Shown here: piece by piece, positions 58,266 through 64,000 of the stretch
How the letters are laid out: each line of letters starts with the position of its first letter
How positions within the stretch are numbered: the stretch's first letter is position 1
Translations under genes and position numbers: made by a program
Origin: an uncultured Gammaproteobacteria bacterium
GTDB taxonomy: Bacteria; Patescibacteriota; Patescibacteriia; Magasanikbacterales; UBA922
NCBI GenBank assembly: GCA_964473715.1
Contig: CAYYQC010000001.1
Coordinates: 60,674-124,673, forward strand
Direction of reading: 5' to 3'
DNA: 64,000 nucleotides
The notes under the pieces: generated by a model
The model's database searches: none
What the model was told of the DNA's origin: nothing
Seen by the model: the letters and a program-made list of their open reading frames with translations, nothing else

Positions 58266-59732
58266 TTAACTTTCTAAGATTTTTACTATAGCCTGGCGTA
58301 CCTTTTTCTGGTCTACAATTTCCTGGATACCAGATTCCATGTTCCGAATCAAAACTGTACCGTCTTGAACTTCTTTTTGGCCCAAAATCAGGGTATGAGT
58401 AGCATTGTACTTATTGGCCAATTCTAATTGGACCTTGAGAGAGGACTTGGCCAAATTATGACGCACCACAATTCCACCCTGACGTAATTCTTCAATCAAT
58501 TTAAGAACGCGACGGCGAGCCTGCTCTCCTAGATGCGCAAAGAATACTACTGGCTTACTTGGACCCGGAAGATCAGCGATAGTAGTTCCAGAGGCTAGAG
58601 CTGCGGCTTTGGCTGCGGCAATCCGCTCTACAGCGGCAGCAATCCGTTCCATACCCATGGCAAAACCAGCAGCAGGTGTAGACTGTCCACCAAGCTGCTC
58701 AATGAGGAGATCGTAACGACCACCACCACCAAGCGCACTTTGGGCAGTTTCATTTACACTATCTTCGTATAATTCAAAAACTGTGTGAGTATAATAATCC
58801 AAACCGCGCACTAAATTTGGGGTAAGTACATAAGGAATTCCCAGTTCATCCAAATACTCAAGCACACTCATGAAAAATGCTTTGGACGGTTCTGACAGCC
58901 AATCAACAATTTGAGGAGCTTCAGCCACTACAGTAGCACAACTTTCATTTTTACAATCTAAAACACGAAGTGGATTTTTGAGCAAACGTTTTTTACAATC
59001 CTCACATAAGTAACCACGCTTAGTACGGAAAAAACCAGTAAGTTCTACTAAATAATTTTGACGGTCATCTGGCGTACCCAGCGAATTAATACGAACTGTA
59101 GTTGATAAACCAAGATCACGTAAATAATTATACGCAACCGCAATTAATTCCGCGTCAATTACTGGTGCAGATTCACCAATTGTTTCACAATCAAATTGAT
59201 GAAATTCACGATAGCGCCCAGCCTGTGGACGATCGTAACGGAAGAGTGGTCCAATACTCCACATTTTTACTGGTTGTGATTGAGTGTGCAGGCCGTGCAT
59301 AACATAGGCACGAGCAACAGAGGCAGTCATTTCTGGACGCAAACAAATTTTACCACCATCACGATCTTCAAACGCATACATTTCTTTATCTACCACATCA
59401 GTACCACGACCAATTGAGCGCACAAACAAAGAAGTTTGTTCAACCGTTGGAGTTTCAAAATAATGAAAATCATAGGCAGTGGCAATGTCTGCGGCAGTAC
59501 GCCACATGTGCAACCAACCATCACCTTCTGGAGGCAAAATGTCTTTCATACCACGCACAGTAGCCAATTGATTGGCAACTTTTTTTCCTGCGTCTTCGGA
59601 TACTGGTTTAGCAGCTGGAACAGTTGTTGGTTTTTTAACAAATGGTTTAGGTGCAGTTTTTACTGCCGCGACTTTTGGTTGTGGTTTAGACATAGTCGCT
59701 TTATTATTTTTTACTACTTTTTTAGATGACAT
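58266..59732 (-). CDS. hisS: histidyl-tRNA synthetase with a Lys/Pro/Ala-rich N-terminal extension
   Basis: VRGMKDILPPEG (HisRS motif), class II motif FRYDRPQAGRYREFHQFDCE, and the C-terminal anticodon-binding domain. Confidence 0.9.
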   Translation of the reverse strand: MSSKKVVKNNKATMSKPQPKVAAVKTAPKPFVKKPTTVPAAKPVSEDAGKKVANQLATVRGMKDILPPEGDGWLHMWRTAADIATAYDFHYFETPTVEQTSLFVRSIGRGTDVVDKEMYAFEDRDGGKICLRPEMTASVARAYVMHGLHTQSQPVKMWSIGPLFRYDRPQAGRYREFHQFDCETIGESAPVIDAELIAVAYNYLRDLGLSTTVRINSLGTPDDRQNYLVELTGFFRTKRGYLCEDCKKRLLKNPLRVLDCKNESCATVVAEAPQIVDWLSEPSKAFFMSVLEYLDELGIPYVLTPNLVRGLDYYTHTVFELYEDSVNETAQSALGGGGRYDLLIEQLGGQSTPAAGFAMGMERIAAAVERIAAAKAAALASGTTIADLPGPSKPVVFFAHLGEQARRRVLKLIEELRQGGIVVRHNLAKSSLKVQLELANKYNATHTLILGQKEVQDGTVLIRNMESGIQEIVDQKKVRQAIVKILES

Positions 59733-59753
59733 ACGATTAATTAATAGAGCAAC

Positions 59754-60368
59754 TTAGTAAGTGGGAGAACTAAAGGCTGACACTCTTGAAAATGGCCAAC
59801 CACGCACCCATACTCGACCCACAATATCACTGCCATCAATAGCACCAAAGCGACGTGAATCAAAACTAGCATCACGATTATCTCCCATTACAAAGTATTG
59901 ATCAGTGCCAAGCGTGAGAGTGACTGAACCCGCAGTTTCTTCAATTAAATATTCTTCGGGAAGTACTAATCCTTGAGGATTTTCCTCATTATAAATAATA
60001 ACTTTATTGGATTCTACTTTTACTCGTTCCCCTGGCAAGCCAATAATTCTTTTGAGGAAAAAATCATTGGTTGGATGATATTCAAATACCACCACATCGC
60101 CCCGATGGGGTTCATGAAACCGGTAGCTAAGTTCATCAATAATCAAGTAATCACGCTCTTCAAAATTAGGTTCCATTGATTGGCCTTTAACATAAAATGG
60201 CTTGAATAAGAAATATCGCACCAAGCCAATGGCAATACCAGCTAAAATCGCAATTTTAAGGAGTTCTAGTAGTACTGAACCAACTTTGGCAATTTTACTT
60301 TGAGGATTCACATCTTCAACCTCTTCATTTTCATGGTCATCATGCTCATGAGTCATATCAACCACCAA
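59754..60368 (-). CDS. lepB: signal peptidase I (S26 family)
   Basis: GQSMEPNF (catalytic Ser box), RGDVVVF, GDNRDASFDSRRFG boxes. Confidence 0.85.
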   Translation of the reverse strand: MVVDMTHEHDDHENEEVEDVNPQSKIAKVGSVLLELLKIAILAGIAIGLVRYFLFKPFYVKGQSMEPNFEERDYLIIDELSYRFHEPHRGDVVVFEYHPTNDFFLKRIIGLPGERVKVESNKVIIYNEENPQGLVLPEEYLIEETAGSVTLTLGTDQYFVMGDNRDASFDSRRFGAIDGSDIVGRVWVRGWPFSRVSAFSSPTY

Positions 60369-60465
60369 TTAAAAATAATATTCTAGACCAATAATACCCT
60401 ATTTTTAAGCCAAAAGTCAATGGCCGGTTGCAGAGCTCTTTTAGGGGTGTTATGCTCTCCTAACT

Positions 60466-61080
60466 ATGCCTTCATCCCCTATTTCCCAGATTATTAGTGA
60501 TTTGCAAGCCGGAAAAATGGTAATTATTTTTGATGATAATCCTGGCCGTGAACTTGAAGCAGACCTGGTTATAGCCGCCTCCTTGGTCACGCCCGAAGCC
60601 ATTCGATTTATGGCTCATTTAGGTGGTGGGATTATTTGCGTGACCATGCCAGCCGCTCGGCTAGATGAACTATGTATTCCACCCATGACTGATAAACCCA
60701 CGGACCCTTTGGGAACAGGCTGGGCTCTGTCAGTCGATGCAATCGGGACTGGTACAGGAATATCAGCGCATGACCGTGCCACGACTATTAAAAAATTGAC
60801 TGACCCAAACTCTTTGGCAGGTGATTTTATTCGACCAGGCCATGTATTTCCACTTCGCGCCAAAGCTGGCGGAGTTTTGGAACGTCCCGGTCACACAGAA
60901 TCTTCAGTGGAATTAGTGAGATTAGCCGGATTTTTTCCTGCCGCGGTAATTTGCGAAATTATGTTACCAGACGGACACATGGCGCGTCACGCAGATACTA
61001 TTGAATATGCGCGCAAACATAAAATTAATTTTTGCCAGATCAGCGAAATTATTGATTTTGTAAAAATTGTACATACGTAA
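60466..61080 (+). CDS. ribB: 3,4-dihydroxy-2-butanone 4-phosphate synthase (monofunctional RibB)
   Basis: ELEADLVIAAS, RPGHVFPLRAK, GHTESSVELVRLAG signature motifs. Confidence 0.9.
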   Translation: MPSSPISQIISDLQAGKMVIIFDDNPGRELEADLVIAASLVTPEAIRFMAHLGGGIICVTMPAARLDELCIPPMTDKPTDPLGTGWALSVDAIGTGTGISAHDRATTIKKLTDPNSLAGDFIRPGHVFPLRAKAGGVLERPGHTESSVELVRLAGFFPAAVICEIMLPDGHMARHADTIEYARKHKINFCQISEIIDFVKIVHT

Positions 61081-61121
61081 ACAATCTGTTATGCTTTGAA
61101 AGTTATTTATATATACCCTGT

Positions 61122-61697
61122 ATGAAATTATCCGTAAATTTAACTCTAACTTTAGCCGCGACCATTATTCTTACTGGCGCAGGTTGCGCGCAAAATACTT
61201 CTAAACCAACAAGCACAGCCGTGGTTCCAGAAGGATATGCCACACATGATGTTGCAGGCCAACATTTTACCATTAGTTATCCTTCTAATTGGGAAGATAA
61301 TCGTACAGACATTGAGGGTACCGATTATGAAGCATTATTCTACGCACCATATGAAAATGATGAGGATGTTTTTGCAGATAATTTTTCAGTAAATGAAATT
61401 GTAGCTCCAAAAAATAATCTCACCGTTAAGCAATACTTTGACACTAATATGGCAGCCATTGAATCAGAAGGTGGATACAAACATATTAGCACCACAGATA
61501 TTACAACAGACGGTTATGCGGCCAAACGCTGGGAAGCCACCAAAGTATCAGAAAAATCAGGCGAACTTCATTTTGTGCAGGCTTATGCACTCACACCTGA
61601 CAATGCTTATGTAGTCACCTGCACCATGTCAGAATCAAGCAAAGACTTATATATTGACTCATGTGATAAAATTATTGGCTCACTAAAATTTAGATAA
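61122..61697 (+). CDS. lipoprotein of unknown function
   Basis: Lipobox ILTGAGC. Confidence 0.6.
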   Translation: MKLSVNLTLTLAATIILTGAGCAQNTSKPTSTAVVPEGYATHDVAGQHFTISYPSNWEDNRTDIEGTDYEALFYAPYENDEDVFADNFSVNEIVAPKNNLTVKQYFDTNMAAIESEGGYKHISTTDITTDGYAAKRWEATKVSEKSGELHFVQAYALTPDNAYVVTCTMSESSKDLYIDSCDKIIGSLKFR

Positions 61698-61711
61698 AAA
61701 ATATTGAATTA

Positions 61712-61745
61712 TAAAACCCGCCTCATCAGCGGGTTTTATTTTTAC
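61712..61745. terminator. bidirectional rho-independent terminator between convergent genes
   Basis: AAAA-cccgc-ctcatca-gcggg-TTTTATTTTT. Confidence 0.7.
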
Positions 61746-61754
61746 ACGAGAAGT

Positions 61755-64000
61755 TTAGCGAACTAACATGAGGTCATCAATTTCTTCTCCAAGCAAAGTA
61801 TCACCGTAATCAATAGTCACTCTATGAATTGGTTTATTTGATTTTACACCAAGATAGGTGGTGACTGCAGAAGGGATATTATTCTTTTGGAACACACCAA
61901 TAACTGCATTATATTCACCATACACAGTAATAATTGGACTTACTTGTTGACCATACTTATTGCCACCACCCAAGAAAAAACCAAAAGCTTTGACAGGAGT
62001 ATTAAAGCCTATAATTAAAGGGTCGTTAGCACTAGTGTTTGGTGAGGTTGCATTATTAAATAATGAATATTCACCAGATGATGTATATTCACCACCACGA
62101 TTAGCACTGGAAGTAAAAATCGCTGTACCCTTATTGGACCAAATAGTTACACCATAAGCGCTTGTATATTTGGTAATCACAGGACCAACCGCATCTTCAA
62201 AATTAATTTTAGATGGTTGCATACCAATCAAATTAGCCAAAGAAATTTCTGTGGTACTAGTCGCAACAGTGGCTGGTGGCGGAGTAACTGCGGCTGAAGT
62301 TTTAAATGAGAAGTATCGATATTCTGACCATGTACCATACAAATTATCACCCGTTACTTTATCTATATACACAGCCCGAGTACGTGCGCGAAATTCATTG
62401 TCTCCTGGGAGTGCAAAAGTAGTTACTTTCGCATAACCACTTTCTGGTTGCAAAGCACTAAATTTATATGCAGCACTAGACCATTTACTAGAGCCACAGT
62501 AATCACAGTAAATTTCCACTTCGTAATGACGCGCACCAGTTAACGGCACAATGGAAATTTCAGCAACCCGAGGATAGGCAGTTAGAACTTGATTTGTAGT
62601 TGGAGCAACAAAACTTGGAGTCAATGAAAGATTTGGACCAGTTACTACTGGTGCAGTTGTTTTAGCTGGAACAAAGAACCGTGTAACAATAACATCATCG
62701 ACTTCTACCGGCATACCAGGAATACCTGAAACACCATCGTTATTACGCGCAAACGCATACAATAAAACCCACTTACCACGATAATAATCGGTCACAGTAA
62801 AAGTCTGAGTAGGGCTACTACTAAATGATGTTATCTTTGCCATTTCGCGTGTTCTTGCATCTGTGAAATCCACTTTAACAGAGCCATTTTCCACCCAAAC
62901 AAAACCATAGGTAAGACCTCCACTCACTTTTGGAGTTAACACTAGTTTTAATTTTTCTACATTTTGACTAATACTAGCGTCATCTGGATTCCAAGGATAA
63001 TTAAATCCGGAACCATAACTAACATAATTGGAATACCCAACTTCAGAATTATTTTCTGTTACTGAGAGTTTTAAAAGTAAATCAGTCTGATTCACAGAAG
63101 GATTAACAGCGGTTTTAGCAGGAACATATACACGTGCTACCGCAATATCATCCACTTCTACTGGCATACCTGGAACACCAGAAATACCATCATTATTACG
63201 AACAAACACTTGGATAAATACCCACTTACCACGATAATAATCAGTAAGTTGAATACTATTCTTTGGACTAGAATTGAAATTTACTAACTTGGCTGAATTT
63301 TTGGTCATTGCATCTGTAAAATCTACTTTGGCAGTACCATTGTCTGACCAAATAAATCCATAGGTTAAATTACCAGTCACTTTTGGAGTAACTATTAAAT
63401 GCAAAGTATTCACATTTTGGGCAATGTTCGCTTCTTTTGGAGACCATGGGTATCCAGCACCTGAACCATAACTAACTTCAGTCATTAAACGATCTGTAGA
63501 CAAATCCTCATTAACCCAAAATTTGGAAATTAAATCTGTTTGGCTACTACTTTGAACCGGAGTACCTGAACATGGTTTCCATGAAACATAGTACCGATTA
63601 TTTGAACCACAGCTCATGGTGTATTCACGAAGACCATTGCCCGCGTCACGACATGAACTCGTTAATGTGGTTGGCGCGTCATTAGCAGTGCGCTTAATTT
63701 CAATATTTTTACCAACCTGTTTACATGAATATACATCTACAAAATTTCCACCAGTTTCCAAAGTTTGTGGATTTACTGGAGTAGTTGGCTCAGTTGATGT
63801 AGAAGTTGGAACTGGAACTAAAACGGGATTTTGTCCGCCAATCACCACACCGCCCTGACTTGGGTCAGCCAAAATTTCTGCAGGAGTAATAGTTTGATTA
63901 CTAATCGATGCAGTTTGGAATAAACTTGAACTAATAATATGTACATCTCCGCTTAATGGCGCTGGCAATGTACCAACAATCTTTCTCAAAACACCATTGT
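61755..64000 (-). CDS. large secreted protein, 5'-partial (the N-terminus lies beyond the window end), containing a tandem duplication of an approximately 150-aa domain
   Basis: The ORF runs to the window edge. Repeated blocks YGSG(A/F)(G/N)YPW(S/N)P...(L)TYGF(I/V)W..NG(T/S)(A/V)KVDFTDA...TDYYRGKWV...ARNNDG(I/V)SG(V/I)PGMPVEVDD. Confidence 0.65.
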   Translation of the reverse strand, partial: NGVLRKIVGTLPAPLSGDVHIISSSLFQTASISNQTITPAEILADPSQGGVVIGGQNPVLVPVPTSTSTEPTTPVNPQTLETGGNFVDVYSCKQVGKNIEIKRTANDAPTTLTSSCRDAGNGLREYTMSCGSNNRYYVSWKPCSGTPVQSSSQTDLISKFWVNEDLSTDRLMTEVSYGSGAGYPWSPKEANIAQNVNTLHLIVTPKVTGNLTYGFIWSDNGTAKVDFTDAMTKNSAKLVNFNSSPKNSIQLTDYYRGKWVFIQVFVRNNDGISGVPGMPVEVDDIAVARVYVPAKTAVNPSVNQTDLLLKLSVTENNSEVGYSNYVSYGSGFNYPWNPDDASISQNVEKLKLVLTPKVSGGLTYGFVWVENGSVKVDFTDARTREMAKITSFSSSPTQTFTVTDYYRGKWVLLYAFARNNDGVSGIPGMPVEVDDVIVTRFFVPAKTTAPVVTGPNLSLTPSFVAPTTNQVLTAYPRVAEISIVPLTGARHYEVEIYCDYCGSSKWSSAAYKFSALQPESGYAKVTTFALPGDNEFRARTRAVYIDKVTGDNLYGTWSEYRYFSFKTSAAVTPPPATVATSTTEISLANLIGMQPSKINFEDAVGPVITKYTSAYGVTIWSNKGTAIFTSSANRGGEYTSSGEYSLFNNATSPNTSANDPLIIGFNTPVKAFGFFLGGGNKYGQQVSPIITVYGEYNAVIGVFQKNNIPSAVTTYLGVKSNKPIHRVTIDYGDTLLGEEIDDLMLVR

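Noticed and set aside
60369-60465. Possible FMN riboswitch upstream of ribB
   Set aside because: The spacer is only about 97 nt and lacks the conserved FMN-element stems; more likely just divergent promoters (TTGCAG-17-TATGCT).
1-64000. CRISPR arrays, rRNA genes, additional tRNAs
   Set aside because: No regularly spaced direct repeats with unique spacers and no rRNA-like conserved segments were seen on either strand. Only one tRNA-like cloverleaf (Asp) was found.

Overview
Low-GC genome window with a reduced-genome, CPR/Patescibacteria-like character (inference from AT-rich coding, weak ribosome-binding sites, and giant secreted or anchored surface proteins). No stop-codon reassignment is apparent.

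Features along the window:
- 1-8.3 kb: a surface-glycan locus with a polyprenyl synthase, two GT4 glycosyltransferases, a GH114-like/FG-GAP secreted protein and a Wzy/WaaL-like ligase.
- ~8.35-11.5 kb: an abrupt high-GC island carrying two minus-strand genes for Cys-rich secreted proteins.
- 11.6-19.4 kb: a tightly coupled 7-gene minus-strand operon (membrane proteins, a PDZ protein, a Wzz-like protein and small proteins) ending in a 1437-aa His-rich giant protein.
- 19.4-22.0 kb: a smpB-tmRNA-infC-rpmI-rplT-tRNA-Asp housekeeping block.
- 22.0-26.5 kb: next to the tRNA, an operon of putative drug-modifying enzymes (ANT(6)/Lnu-like nucleotidyltransferase, GNAT, CDA-fold deaminase), then a ParB-like protein and an unknown 574-aa protein.
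- 27.4-30.3 kb: a stand-alone PilD N-terminal domain and an 867-aa secreted protein.
- ~30.4-31.3 kb: a second high-GC islet encoding a lipoprotein.
- 31.3-60.4 kb: a long minus-strand run containing a PEP-utilising homolog, pyk, ogt, nrdR, ftsZ, ftsA, dgkA, ybeY, three tandem TSP3-like Ca-binding surface paralogs, two adjacent giant surface proteins (3809 aa and 751 aa), then yqeY, rpsU, hisS and lepB. The two giant proteins share a VirB2/TrbC-like two-helix N-terminal anchor. The 3809-aa protein also has IPT/TIG domains and many Myxococcus-type Cys-rich repeats.
- 60.5-64.0 kb: ribB, a lipoprotein, and a partial repeat-containing secreted protein.

The most interesting candidates are the pilin-like-anchored giant surface protein pair, the two high-GC islands, the giant-protein operon and the tRNA-adjacent enzyme cassette.
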